Shown: positions 1-14,276 of the stretch, piece by piece
How the letters are laid out: each line of letters starts with the position of its first letter
Position numbering within the stretch: the first letter of the stretch is position 1
Assembly (NCBI RefSeq): GCF_000150275.1
Contig: NW_002060952.1
Location: 394,482 to 458,481, forward strand
Direction of reading: 5' to 3'
Origin: Trichoplax adhaerens
Taxonomy: Eukaryota > Animalia > Placozoa
Length of the DNA stretch: 64,000 nt
Program-made: the position numbers and the translations under genes
Notes under the pieces: generated by a model
The model's input: the letters and a program-made list of their open reading frames with translations, nothing else
Told to the model about the DNA's origin: nothing
Databases searched by the model: none

Positions 1-3000
1 GTATGCCAGTTTTTAGAAATGCAAATACTCGCACAGTACTGTATGATCTCGTACTTATAGGTGTGGCTGCTCATCGCTCTATCCTTCATTCAAGCTGAAT
101 ACTGTGGTTGCCTTATTTATGAGATTAGCAACTCAACCAGGATTAGCTAATAATAAAAATAAAATTAATAGCTAGACCGTAAGATTGAAATTTCTCTTCG
201 TTGTGATTGCTAAAGAAATATCTTATAAATATAGTCAACAGTATCGAGTTAACACAGTAATGATTACAGAAAATCTTAAAAGTATCACTTTTTCAAATTA
301 TGACCCGATGCAGATTTTAAGGTCATCTACCGTAAATACGCTATCGAGATATTACTTTATTAAATACTGAAGGTTCTGTTGGTATAAATCTAGATTGACA
401 CATAATGACATACTCTGTACTTTATAACGGTATACTCTATCTGAAAATTTTATTACTGCTGCTACTTTCAGTAACAAGGACGTAATTATTTATCAATGAC
501 TTTTTACCATACATCAGATCTGTCTTACCTTACAAATAAATAGCCTAAATCAGATTTTAACCGATAGATCTATATACTCTGTAAACATCATCAAGGGAAT
601 TAATATATGACATTAATAAAAATAATAGAAAGGTAGGCAAGTCTATGATATAGTTTATGTTTGTTTGACACGTTTCCAGGTAATTTGAACAAGAGATAAA
701 TACTTTACCTAGAAAAAACTATCTCTAAAAGAAATTTATTAGCCAATGACAGTCAGATTCTATGCTTTTTCGTCTAATAAGAATTATTACTAATTTTAAG
801 AAATGTAAAGAACTATTTATACCGGAAGTAATGGAGAACACATCACTAGCACATTAACTAGTATGACATATCGAATTAATCTAATTTTCTTTTCTCAATG
901 GTTGCTAAAGATACCCTTTATATTTAATTAAAAATTGAAAATGTAACTGAAGTAATAGGCTACTATTCATAAATGTAAGACACTATTTGATACCTGATTT
1001 CACAAAATATTTATTGCTTCAAAAATGCTCTTTTCTATAAACACAGTAAAACACACATCACAAGAGGTAAACCTGAGTTTTCTTCTATTAATCTAAGAGT
1101 ATAATAATAATCATTGTATACCTTTCAGCCAAAAGCGATGAATTAACTACCAATTATAGGAGTTCAGCTGATTACTCAGCATAAACATTATTTCATGTGC
1201 ATAATTATTTTTACCCATAATTCCCATATAATCTCGATTTAAACTGATTTATAAGTCAAAATTGAACGAAATGTGAATATCTAGTTCATTAATAACTTCA
1301 TCATATTAACCCTGGCAACCTAAGATAGTCCAATATCTCTCATTAATTTTAATTACTAAAAATTCGCAGTGACGGTTGGAGATCAACGTAGGAAGTTACG
1401 CCTATGAGCTGTATCAAACATTGCTTTCCTTAAAAAAGAAGCACTTCCCCAGCTATTTTTAGTTATATCATTTTAATTCTAAATACCTGGTACTGTATAA
1501 GTAGTACTTCTCATCGGAGACATAATATACGTAAATTAGTTTAAAGAAATTACCCAAAAATTTAATTAACAATATATTGAACGCAATCTCACCGATCTCG
1601 AGAAATTTTAAACATACTTTCTCCTTTAACTTGTATTCTAGTATAAACAGAATCTGAATCAACTCATACTATTGTTATAAACAAGACAAAATCAGAAACA
1701 TCCTGCTTACTGTCAACTGTTAATATAGCGCGGTTAGTCCTTCCAAAGTAGATTTAATTGCACTACAATAAGGTTATAGATTGTGAAATTAATTTATTTT
1801 CCAGTAAGGCAAGTGAATTAGTTAGACATATAATTTAGACGAGAGCTCAAAAGTCAGATCGAGTTCTAATCATGACTGTCTCTATTAGAAGATCTTACAA
1901 TGGACAGGTATCGTCAGAAATTCACTATACAATTGCTGTATTTTCGATATTTGGTGACGAACCGGCCACTAAAACATTACAGACTTCACTATTATATAAT
2001 ACGTAAGAAAGTCATAGAGTCCAAGCTCATATAATAGCGAAGTTATCGCTATAGAAGATCGAACTATTCCTTTCCGGCAGATGTACTTGTATCTTTTAGA
2101 ATAAAATTATAAGCTGGTAATAAACACCAGAAATGAATAATCGAGTAGAATAGTTGTTGTCATGGGTCAGCAAATTTAAAAAAATACAAGATTATCGCAG
2201 AGGAAATAGAATATTCAATTGTGATGTTAATTCATCGCTATCATTAGTATAAAGTAACTCTTACTTTATCTAAATTTACTTGCTGTTAATAACAAAAGTT
2301 TGAATTAAATACTCAATAAATACAGATCATATCACTTTTTACAATCAATAACGCGTATGTCATGCTTATTAAGGTAATAATTTGTAGTAGCTATTTATTA
2401 TCAACATAGCATCAATATCAATTTCCACTTTGCAAGGCTTTCTATCTCATAAAATGTGTGTAGCATTAATGGGATTGAGTTTCTAGACTAATAAAATGTT
2501 AGCTGCTTGACAATGACATATATCTACGAAAGAATCATTAGAAGTCAAATAAATTTTGTTTGAGGCTTCATTTGGGATGGATTGCATATTAAATTGTTTA
2601 TGCAGTACCGTATATAAAAATCAAAGCATATCATTTTCTTAATTTGTTAATTATATTATTATGTAACCATAATCTTTCACCAATTATTCTTATAATCTAT
2701 ATGGTCATTAAGCAATTGAAATTGCCAGCCGATAAATATTATATAACAAATTATTTTAGAGCATAATTTACTTAAATCGTTCATATTTCATTTATTATTG
2801 ATTTCTTCGAACCAATTAAATAGAAAATAACGATACCGGAATAAAAATTTTAACGGATCACGCTATTAATCTACTCATGATATAAAAATTAATCAAGAAA
2901 TTTATAGGTGATAAATTTACAAGAAAATTAATTTACGAATAACATTCTTTATGTTAAATGGATCAGATTTCAGTATGAATAAATAATTACGATTCTCGAT

Positions 3001-6000
3001 ATTTAAAATGTTTTATAATATTATTATTTACTTGAGGTCAATTTTAATTGTTTATTTCCATTCTATAAGCATTTAAATGCTTAAGAAAGTAAAAACAGCT
3101 CTCTTAGTTAAATATTTCGAATTTTGACGTGTAATTTATTTTAATATAAATCTAAAATTAGGACACAAGTAGCACTTAAATTCATCATCTACGATAAGAT
3201 TTTAAATTTTACTAATATAGTTGTTACAGCGGTAATGCTAATATCTTCTAGGCACAATCTCGATTCTAGACATTTAAAATCGATTAATGGGATATGTCTT
3301 GTGGATTAAATGGTGAAGTTCATCTAAAGCCATTTACGCGTGTTAATCGGTTTACTAATTTAATAGCCCTAAACTCTGGTAGAAGAATTATAGTGCAATA
3401 TTATGAAATTACTACACTTTTTAATTCTCAAGCTTTTTTATACATAATTGGAACATCCTTATCATAGCTTTACGAAATAGAACAGCTGTATAATTTCATC
3501 TATTCATTTTAATATGAGTTAAAATAATTTTGTCTAATCCATCATATAAAGGTGAAATAAAAAAATGGTGCCAATGTGTATATATCAATTGATATAAGTA
3601 GAATACTCTTGTCTGCTAAATAATGGTAACTACGCTATAAAATAGTAGCAAAATGTTATTGATTGCGGTAAATACATTGCGGCGTAAAAGGAGTTAGAAA
3701 AGGAAATAAGTTCATTAAAAACATTTATTTAACTTGGTCAAAGAGTTAATGCTACAGTTTAACGTTTCTCAGGGCATACGGAATATTTCAATCTACTGGA
3801 TGATAATAAGGTTTTAGAATCCCTAGTACACGCATTTTAATGTCTAATCAATTTAACTATGAAAGTACTACATGGTAGTCATTCCATGTAAACCAAGAGT
3901 TATATTCTTATTACTTGTTTGAGATATTTGCTCGAACTTTAAATATTAAAGACGAACTTCATAAGTTGCTCTTACTAAGTATAAACAAGTATGATCATTG
4001 AGAGTAAGCTATAATCTATCGTTACTAATCATTGCAACATACTCAAACTTATTAATCATCCTCATTTTAGGTAAGATGATATAATCTTCACTTTTACGTA
4101 AAAGTGAATTTAATTGTTCCAAATTAATTTTACCAGAATCATATTTCAAATCAATGAAATTATTTTCCTTACCTAAAGCTATATCCCGATCTCTTGAACA
4201 AAAAATTAATGATATAGCCGTATACAAAATCACAATACACTATTTTTAAAGTGTTATAACCCACCATTAAGACTATACATTAATTGTATAAAAGCGTTAT
4301 AATGGTAGTTTAAACGGGCTCAATAAATGAATCGATCAAATATCACACTGATAACATAGATTCTATTAATTACAGTCAGTGAACATGTACGCCACTTATA
4401 TAACATTTCATTCCCGTAGGTATTAATACAGTAGTGAGCCTGGTTTATTGTAATGATGTAAACTTGCTAACTATGTTTATGAGATATCTGGGTTAGTTAA
4501 AATTTTACGAATAAATCCATAGTCATTTCTATAAAAAAATAAGCTACAAACAATTATTCTAGATACTCCCACTAGGAATTATCTAGATTAGGTAATAGTA
4601 GTTAAAACAGATATAGTAAGTATCCTATTATTTTCTTTAAAAAATAAACGACAAAAAACACCAGCTGTTAACATTCATTTTATCCAAGAAATAAAAAGAT
4701 ACATCAATTCTCTTGAGTCTCTACATCAGCCAATTTAAAGCTAATTAGTTATTATTAATTGACTATAATGCGCAGTATTAGTTTAAATTCATTTTTATTT
4801 TATTATTAATTATCATAACTTATTTTTTTATTTTTATTGCCTTATAAACTACTTTAGTTTAACTGTAAGGGATATTTCTCACTTCTCTTATTTACTTAAA
4901 TAATCTACATTGAAAATTTTTCATTAGTCTACAGACTCGATATTTTAATATCAGTATTATGTGATGTCATTTCTATTATCCACAATACTAATGTTAGCAA
5001 TTGTAGAAAGCTATTTTCAGTATTGTGAATTTAATACAATCAATTAGATACCAAAGCCCCTTTGATCAAAAAAATAATTTACGCCATCTTCCATTTCCTT
5101 ATCTCTTTCAAAGTATGTGTATGCACATAGACTTTTTTATATGTGCAGTATATCCCTATGACATGTCATATTTGGTATGCAATATACTGGTACCGTTTAT
5201 ATCCACATATAAAAGTATTATAATTGAATCAAAAATTGATCATAATAAGGACGTTTTTATATTACTAACAGAATCGTTATCATGACTTTGAAAAGTAACC
5301 GGGTAGTAATTATAACACGCCACGATAATCTAGTATTATCACTAATTGCGACTATGGTGAATTTATATTTACACATTATTACTATAACTCGATCACTGAC
5401 AGTTAATTATTGCATGCGTAGACGATAATAATTCAATCAAAAATGATTTACTTCAATGATATTGAAGTAAATAATTAATTTTAATGACAGCTATTGGACG
5501 TTGTTGCATTTGAATCTTTAAAGCAATGAGGTAAGTTGGTTAACTATTACCACAGCAGCTTGAATAATGTTAGTTAACACTGAATCGGATGTCATCTACG
5601 ATAATCAGTTACAACTTAGATAGAAGTTTTTCAAGCGTAACTTCTATTGAGATTCATGAATACAGTAGATAGGAAACCAATCTAGGATTTCTACTAAGAA
5701 TTTATACACTTATTTTCATAAGTATATTTATTCAATTGGCCCTTGAGATATCTATTATTCTAATCTTATCCATAACAAAATACCTATCATTATAGTACGT
5801 AGTTTTAATTAGCAACAACTATAAACAGGTCAGTATTTACTCTCTCATAGCAACGATTCAATACTTAGGAGACAGCTTTAAAGATTTCTTACGTCCGATT
5901 TCGTGCAGGAACTTTAATTCAATTATCCAAATTTATTTGTGATTTTCTGAAATAGCTGTCTGTATTAAGAAATAGGATAAAGTAGCGAAATTAGGGCAGG

Positions 6001-6013
6001 ATAAGCAAAAGTA

Positions 6014-6230
6014 ATAGCAACTGAGGTATTTTTACGTGGTCTTTATAATAAAAGTAGTATCCTCTAATCAGTTTTCGTGTGATCTAGAATGTTAATTTGG
6101 TCTCATCGTACAGTAATTAGGTGAATTTTAGTGTTAAATTGGTAGCAACTAAGGTACTTTTAGGGGTCTTTATACTAAAAGTAGTATCTGTAGGCAGATT
6201 TTGTGTGATCTAAACTATTAATTTGCTCTC
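6014..6230. repeat. Diverged tandem duplication, two ~90-bp copies spaced ~128 bp
   Basis: tagcaactgaggtattttt...gtgtgatctagaatgttaatttggtctc (~6015) recurs as tagcaactaaggtactttt...gtgtgatctaaactattaatttgctctc (~6143). Confidence 0.75.
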
Positions 6231-6968
6231 TTTGTGCTGCTACCAAATAAATTGATTCCAATTGATCACGATTGGATTGTCATATATCATACGATCAAAA
6301 ATTGCCTAGATATTACGCTACTATCTGAACAAATATTTTTATTCACTCTAGTTTTTGTTGATATTATCAAATTCTTTAATTTTATTAATTAAGTACTAAT
6401 TTTAGACTATGATGTCTATATCGAGCCATAATCTACTTATCAGAGTCTTTGTACGAAATGTAAAATCATCAATATAATTTTACAGAATAAAACAGCAAGC
6501 AAATACCAATATTGTCTCTTCTATCACAGCCAGATTTGAACACATGATCTTGAAATCATCTTTCGCTAATTATCATTAGCTTTATTCCTTCTATTATCTA
6601 ATTTTTACAATTGGATAAGAAAAGAATCAGTTTACTACTGTCAAATAACATTATCTTAATAGAAAGTGTAACAATCTTATCGTTTATCAACTTATTTAGT
6701 AACTTTACTAGATAATTGAATCAATATAAATTGATTAACGTAATCGATAGCATCAAGACAGATAATGACTATTTCCTTTGTTTTTATCCATATTAGTTTT
6801 TTTCCAAGGATAAATGTTCCCTTTTATCGATACAGTAAATCTCATTGTTAACAGATTTCGATCTTGTGTACTTTTTCTATATCATACTAAGTTTATTTGA
6901 TGTATAGCACTTGCTTTGTTGGTCGTTCCCTCTTTACTTCAATGAATATATCATTGATGAATTGCCTT

Positions 6969-7239
6969 TATAAAAGCGAGTTTCTTGCAGTATATCCAGT
7001 CAACATCACGCATTGAAGCTGAATTGCAATTGTAATAAGATCTTGGTACGTTTCAATAATATTTATGATATTCCATTTTTTTAAGAAATGGCAAGGATAA
7101 ACCCTAACATTATGAAGAGTTATGGTATATTCAGCTAATAAAGTGATTAATGTTTGTTTTTTCTCCTGACTAGATATAAAATTTTATCTCTCAAGAGACT
7201 TAACGGTTGCAAACTGCTATCTACTGACAAGATTTTCAG
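6969..7239 (+). promoter_or_regulatory. Putative TATA/Inr promoter and two non-coding 5'UTR exons (~6998-7045, 7174-7239) of the PRRT3/4-like gene
   Basis: TATAAAAG at 6969, Inr-like CCAGTC with A at 6998 (29 nt later), donor GTACGT at 7046, pyrimidine tract plus TAG at 7173, donor CAG|GTAAAT at 7240. Neither exon has an ATG, and an acceptor TAG at 9360 lies just before the ATG at 9364. Confidence 0.5.
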
Positions 7240-9363
7240 GTAAATTAAGTCTAATATCCTTTAATTTATCACTTTAAAAAAAATCGATATTTCACATCAT
7301 CAATTACGATATTGGATGAACGAAAATGAATAACTAAATTATTAATCATAGCTTTTAGCTAGCAAACTTTTACAATAATGAAATCTCATTTTAATATCAT
7401 TTGATATAGTAAACAGTAATCGCATAAGATCAGAACTACTTTTACCAGTAGATAAATGAATATTATTTTAAATTAAAATTATAACATGAACATGTCTCGA
7501 ATAGTATTCTGCTCTCTTAAACTACACATTCACAATCAATATTGCACAAGTAATTAACTTACTGCAGCCAAATTAATTTTTTACTTTTATCCAGTTTATT
7601 GTAGGGTACCAATTCTCGTACATACTGTAGATATTAAGAATAGAATTATCAATCGAGCAGTAACTTGACATATCTAAATGCTCCTGCTGAAATAAGCCCA
7701 ATCTGTAGTTAGGGCAAAAGCAATCATAATAACACAAGTAGCTCGTTAACTATAGATTATTGAATTTAAAAAAACAACTATAGATGACTTATTGCAGTTA
7801 AAATTCTTGTAAATATTAAGAACAAAAGGAAATCTATCAAGTAGTAACTTTATATCGAAAAATTGCTATCTGGACAAGCCACAGTTGCAATTGGAGCGTT
7901 AGTTGAGCTTGAAATAAAAATCAGTCAGCTTTATTTACTTTATTTAGTCATATTATCTCGATTCTAGAATAGTAACCAGGAAAGGAAGATATTTTCAACC
8001 TTGAAATATTGGTATTGCACAGCATAGGAATAATTCCATTAATATTTTAATGCCAATGTATTCTACAATTTATGATAGTTACCGAAGTAATAGCTTATCA
8101 TGAAGTAGGCGCAATTAAAGATTTCGTGTTCAAGTAACGATTTTAATGTTGCGGTAATCTGATAAAGGATGTCTTAGTATCAAGATTATGTCACTTATTA
8201 TCGCTATGATGATTAAATTAGGGATAAGATATAAATTAAGCTAGCTTCAATATACAGTATAAAATTTGAATACCATCGCATCTACTAATTTAATATATCA
8301 AGTATCTAATATTTAAGATATCAGATAGCCTGCAATTTCTCGTTCAATTATCCCTTCGAATCTCTATTTCTAACAATTTAATTTTAAATTTTTGATGACA
8401 CCTGGGCCATCAGTAACGATAGATTCTTGGTGGACTTGTTTTCTAAATGAATTCATAGAAAGAATACTGAAGCATTTGCTATCTTACCATACTGCAAGAT
8501 CAATTCATGAATGAGATGATTAAACTTTAACTAGTAAATAGAATGGTCAGCACTGATCATACGCTGATCATAAATATAAATATAAATATTAGAGTACTGA
8601 AATATGCGCGTATATGGTTGCCATCAATTTTACGTAATCAAATAGAATAATGTAAATATAGTACATCAAAATTGCAGTCTCTGTTATCGAATGATATAGA
8701 ACAGCTGTTATGCAGCATAATCCTCCTACAATTGTTTTCTTTGATAACTTGGATATGAACTGATAATTTAAACTACCAGATTAATGTCTAAATTATTCAT
8801 TTTCAGCTGGTAGTATTGATCATTTCCTTGCTTAGACTAAATTTTCGCCTAGTTAGGAATACAACAGATAAAATAGGATGTTCATTGAGAAAATTAAGAA
8901 ATAGAATTGACTATTGCGTAGTCTTGATATTAATTTCTTAGCGGTCTTGCATACTTCATCGCCGTCTATTAAGCTCAAAGTATAGACTTTAACTGTTTAC
9001 CTTCTAATTGATTGCATTAATAGAATAATTATCGAACAAGAATTCGACCTTAAAAGGCGTTAGAGATAAGCTACAATATTAATAGGGTAATCAGCTAAAA
9101 ATCATTCTTTTATTGGTCAGTTATTGTAACAATTGCATTGATAATCATTAGTCAATAATTATGAATAGTATTATATACTATACATTGATGCAATAATCCA
9201 ATATAGAGTTAGAATAAAAGGGGGCAGCGGACGATATCGCCATTAAAATTAGACATTTTTCAAATCTGCAGCAGTTGATTAAAGTTTGATAATGTGTTGA
9301 TATTTTCTTTACCATTTTCTGAAGTGGATTTTATTGAACTCTTTTTGACTAACTTGATAGATC

Positions 9364-12006
9364 ATGATCACAAAATACAGATCAATCTTGGTCTTGATAG
9401 CTGTAATAACTTGCAATTGCTTCATGAATACCTGCAGTGCTGATGCTTTACCAACTAGCCTACCCAGTTTATCAGCTGAAATAACAGAAACATTGCCTAG
9501 CGCATCTTATGGACAAAGTCTTACCATTAGCATTGCAACACCAGAACGCGAACCAAGTAGCGTAGAACCAACTAAAATATCAACAAGTTTTATACAACAA
9601 CCAGAAGCTACATCAGAAGGTAGAAATTAACCTACAATATAAGAATCGAATTTTAATATATTACATGCGTACTTGTTTTGAGGCATTGATTTCACGTTGG
9701 CTAATAAAAGACAATATTCTTGTCTTCATCTCTATCAAGTAATGACTAATTTGATATAACTATTGCACATAAATACTAATTGATTCTATTTTGAATGCTA
9801 TATTATTTCCGCTCTTATTATCGCGGAACTAGCGTTAGAGTCAGCTCCAGCCGAAAATCAAGTAACTAACTCGGTAGAACCAACATCAAATCCTAAAGGT
9901 CAAGCAGAAGCAGCTGAGACAGCCACGACTGCAGAGTCAGAAGCTCAAACAGAATCTTCAATTGGAGAACCAGAAAGTCAAGGGGAAAGCCAAGCTGAAA
10001 ATACTGCTACATCAAGCAATGAGCCAGAAAGTGAAAATCAAGCGGAGCCTTCTGCTGTGCCAGAGGGCGAAGGAGAAAGTCAGGCCGAAGGTGCTTCTCC
10101 ATCAACTAGTGAGCCAGAAAGTGAAAATCAAATAGAACCCAATAGCTATTCAGAATCGCCTTCAGAACCTTCTACAGCTGCTCCAGAAAGCCAAGCTGAA
10201 ACTAATAATCCCGAAAGTGAAAGTAAAGCAGAAGCTTCTACTTCGAAGCCAGAAAGTGAAAGTCAGGCAGAATCTTCTACTGTTGTGCCAGAAAGCCAAG
10301 CTGAAACTAATAAGCCTGAGAGTCAAGGTCAAGCAGAGCCTTCTACTGTTGAGCCAGAAAGTCAAGCAGAGTTTTCTACTGTTGAGCCAGAAAGCCAAGC
10401 ACAGTCTTCTACTGTTAAGCCAGAAAGCCAAGCTGAAACTAATAACCCTGAAAGTGAAAGTCAAGCAGAACCTTCTACCACCAAGCCAGAAGGTCAAGCT
10501 GAAATTAATAAGCCTGAAAGTGAAAGTCAAGCAGAGTCTTCTACTGTTGAGCCAGAAGGTGAAAGTCAAGCAGAGTCTTCTGCTGTTGAGCCAGAAAGCC
10601 AAGCTGAAACTAATAAGCCAGAAGGTGAAAGTCAAGCAGAGTCTTCTACTATTGAGCCAGAAAATCAAGCTGAAAATTACAGGCCAGAAAGCGAAAATCA
10701 GGTCGAGCCTTCTACTATTGAACCGGAAAGCCAAGCTGAAACTAACAAGCCAGAAAGTGAAAATTCGGCAGAATCTCCTCCTAGTGTTGAGCCAGAGAAT
10801 CAAGCAGAGCCCATTGGTCAAGCAGAATCCACACCAGAACCTTCTGCTATACCAGAGAATCAAGGGAAAACTACCAGTAAACCAGAAAGCGAAAACCGAG
10901 GTACTTCCGCACCAAGTAGTGAATCAGAAGGTAATGCAAACTCGGAAACTAATCCAGAATCATCTCAGCCTGAATCAACAGCGGGTGCACCTGAAAGCCA
11001 TGGAGAAGGCGAAGCAGAATTACCTGGTACCTCTACTGAGTCAGAAACCAACGCTAATGTTACCAGTGAGCCATCAGGTCAGTCATGGCCTGAGCCAGAA
11101 CCTGAATGGTCAAGTGCTGAATCGAAATGGCTTGCTTGCTGGCCCTTTCATATTTATTTTTTCTCGACAGCGTATATAGTCATTGCTATTTTAGCCTTCT
11201 GGTCTATTATTTGTTTGGTGTTAGGTAGGAGGACTAGTCAATTCTACCTAACAGGAACTCTGAATACATTATTAATCGTTATGGGAATTACACGAGTTAT
11301 AATATTGCTAGTCGATCCGTATGGATCTAAGAGGATACTATCCTTATTAGCTTTACGACTAATTTGGTCTAGTGGTTATCCTTGTATCACTGGATCTTTT
11401 ACATTACTTTTACTTGTCTTTATGGACACAACAAAACAAAGTATTGGGCCACCAAGATTTAAAGATTTCCCTACAATTCTTAAAGCAGTCGTAGGCCATT
11501 TCGTTGTAGTTATGACAGTCGATGTAGTAGTTTTGTATTATTCAACGGCTAAATTTCTGTTAATCTTTTGCCAATCCCTTTTTATAATATGGGGCTCAGT
11601 AGTAAGTATTGGATATTTCTGCGTTCTTTATAAAATTAATCGCAACATCGGTGCAAGTAGAAGTTTTACTACAAAAGGATCGGGTTTTGATGATTCTCAT
11701 CGACGATTACGTAAGATAAAAGGCAGCATGTTAATCTCCGGCTGCAATGGAACTTTAATTGCAGTTACTAATATCTACGCTTTATTTGGTGTATTTAATG
11801 TTTATTCTAATCAGAAATATGTTGAAGCATGGTCTTGGCTAATCCTGCAAACATTTCTGCGAGCTGGTGAAGTAATTATCGGAATCATCGTGTTAATGAC
11901 CACATTGAAATTAAAATACTCTAACAGAGTGAATACATCGGCAACTGCATCGACCAATCTATTGCTTACAAAGCAAAGAGAAACTATGGCAATTGCCGAT
12001 ATATAA
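9364..12006 (+). CDS. PRRT3/PRRT4-like 7-TM membrane protein with signal peptide and long E/S/P/Q-rich repeat ectodomain (~809 aa; exons 9364-9619, 9833-12006)
   Basis: Signal peptide MITKYRSILVLIAVITCNC...; a phase-1 intron 9620-9832 joins the two ORFs in frame. PEPEPEW...WPFHIYFF and RVIILLVDPYGS motifs precede or lie among seven hydrophobic helices, as in the PRRT3/4-type TM domain. Confidence 0.75.
10020..10810 (+). repeat. Coding minisatellite of alternating ~27-39 nt units (PES[ES]QAE[S/P]ST[V/I]E and PESQAETN[K/N])
   Basis: Recurrent gagccagaaagccaagctgaaactaataagcc and gaaagtcaagcagagtcttctactgtt units. Confidence 0.9.
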
Positions 12007-12962
12007 TATTTCAAATTATTACGAAACTGTTTAATTGAATACGACAAAGAGCGCATTTTTATAGCAATATTGTCGTTATATTTAAGGACTGTTGCCACCA
12101 CATTATTTCTAGTAACTGATAGTTAATATTAAAAAATAACTCTACTTAATTTAAGGTGATAATGTAAAAATTACAGACGGTAATGTCTGTTTGTAAATCT
12201 ACCAGCTGCTGTTTTGCGATTCAAATTTATACTCGTATTTATTAGTTAATTTATTAACATTGCTTAGGTTGTTACAAGTCTATGATTAACATTCATACTT
12301 CTTAATATTAATAATGATATTTTATACTTGATTATTAGCCTAATTCCGATTTAATAGAGATGTAAGTCCATCTAGTAATCATTAAAAAGTTGATACAAAA
12401 TTGTACGTTTATTGCACTCATCGGATGAATATCGTATCTAAATATAGTCAATATCTGGCATCGATGCTGGATTGATTTTAATGAAGTCGATTTGATATCA
12501 TTTTATAGGTTATAATTAATTGCTTATTTAATGACTGCCTATGCTAAGCCATAGCAAAATAACATCATTCGTTATAGGATATCGTCTACTTGCATTAATC
12601 TTTACAAATAGCACCAATGGTTAATGTGATCAATAGCGGGTACTGTATGCGTTTATAAAGGTTTGCCTGGAGAAGAGTATTATCAACAAATTCTTGCTTA
12701 TTGTGAAATTACTTTGATAGATCAACAATAAATACTATATATCACATTCTACCACACTGATAAACTTTTGATAGCAGATATACAAGTAACACGTTCACTT
12801 GTTACATTGTAATTTTTCTATGCGAAATAATTATAGCTTGATTTGTTCGCATTGAAGCAATAGCTAAAAATTGTAAATCTTTATCTAATAATGACATGAT
12901 ATTATGCTATCTTTAACCGTGAAACTATTGTTGCACATTATCTGCAATTTATACTTATTGTA

Positions 12963-13007
12963 AATAAAAGAATTTTATCCATCGAATTTGCATAGAAATG
13001 CTTTATT
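12963..13007. terminator. Candidate convergent poly(A) signals of the PRRT-like (+) and TPR (-) genes
   Basis: AATAAA at 12963-12968 (+) and TTTATT at 13002-13007 (AATAAA on -) between two convergent genes. Confidence 0.35.
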
Positions 13008-14276
13008 AATTAAAATTCAGATTACAAAATAGCGCACACGATATACATTAATTAAATAAGAGTAAATTATAAATGCGCCTATCATCCTGTGCCTAGCATG
13101 AAACAAATTTTGACAACGATAGAATAATATTTAGCACTAAAATGATAATTTTACTACATAATCATTTGATGGTTTTGCGCTTTCGCCCAAAATAATAACA
13201 ATACCTTTCAAAAATTGTCTTTTATGAACTTGAAAGTCCTCTAGCCGTTGCGAAGAAACCAGTATCACCTTGAGAGAAACGCGGCTAGATTCAATCATTA
13301 TATTATAGTTCTTGCAGACCCTATCAAGGGAAGACATGTACAATTGTGTATGATGTGATACAGAGATATAAGATTTTAAACAATCACGCGAGATAGCGTC
13401 TTCTGAAAGAACGTTAGAAATAATTATATAATATAATAAATGATTAGCGCTAATACTAATAATAAAAATTATGGAGGTAAAGATATGGTAGCAGCTGTGG
13501 CAGTAATATAATGTGAAAGAAGAAAATACAATGCAATATTAACACTGAAATGATCAGTCACATAGTCATTAAGACTGGATTGATATTTTGTTAATACAGT
13601 AAATTTTAAGCAGCCAATTTACTGCTCACAGTACGGTAAGATTATGCAACATATCTACTTCTATTGAAGGATTCAGTTTAGTATAAAATTCAGATATTGA
13701 AACTTGAAATCCTGTTATAGTAAATTAGTTTACACAAAAAATACTATTTTTATCAATAAGATGCATACAAAGCTGTACTGATATAGTCTCTCTTTCATCA
13801 AGATAAAGATTCCAACTCCACTTCCAGCGTACGCCGATTTTTGACTTTGATTTACCACAATTTCATATTTAGCTTATGGATGTATGCATAACCAGAAATA
13901 GCAACTATAATTATCGATCCTCTCAAATACTATGCAATACATGCATATTTTTGCATTGTACATGATGAGAGTTTTTGCCGATATGAATCAAAACAAAACT
14001 ATTTCGTACGTAGTATGTTTATTACAACTTTTTGCCATAATAGTTGGCTTCTGAAGTAATGTAAATACTCTTTTAAGGTTAATAAATGAAGAATATAAGT
14101 TGGCGTCATATCTGAAATGTAAACCCTAGACAAATCATTTGATGAAGCGTATAATTAGATAAAATCCCAGATTATGCTATGAAAAATATCGGATCGCAAG
14201 TAATTTTTGATAAAAAAAGTCAGAAATGATATCTGTAACAGACAGATAAAGTAGTGAACCTTGGCTAAAAATTTTC

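Noticed and set aside
1-6000. Short ORFs in the first 6 kb
   Set aside because: AT-rich intergenic sequence with no coding bias, motifs or splice-consistent chain
10020-10810. Repeats as a neuropeptide precursor
   Set aside because: No dibasic or Gly-Lys/Arg amidation sites, and the repeats are continuous with a 7-TM domain
10162-11179. 233-aa antisense ORF and 320-aa alternative-frame ORF
   Set aside because: Shadows of the stop-poor coding minisatellite in the 7-TM gene
13795-14260. Exon-like segments and a faint echo of the TPR gene's TM region downstream of its stop
   Set aside because: No frame joins convincingly and the similarity is only compositional; at most these are 3'UTR introns
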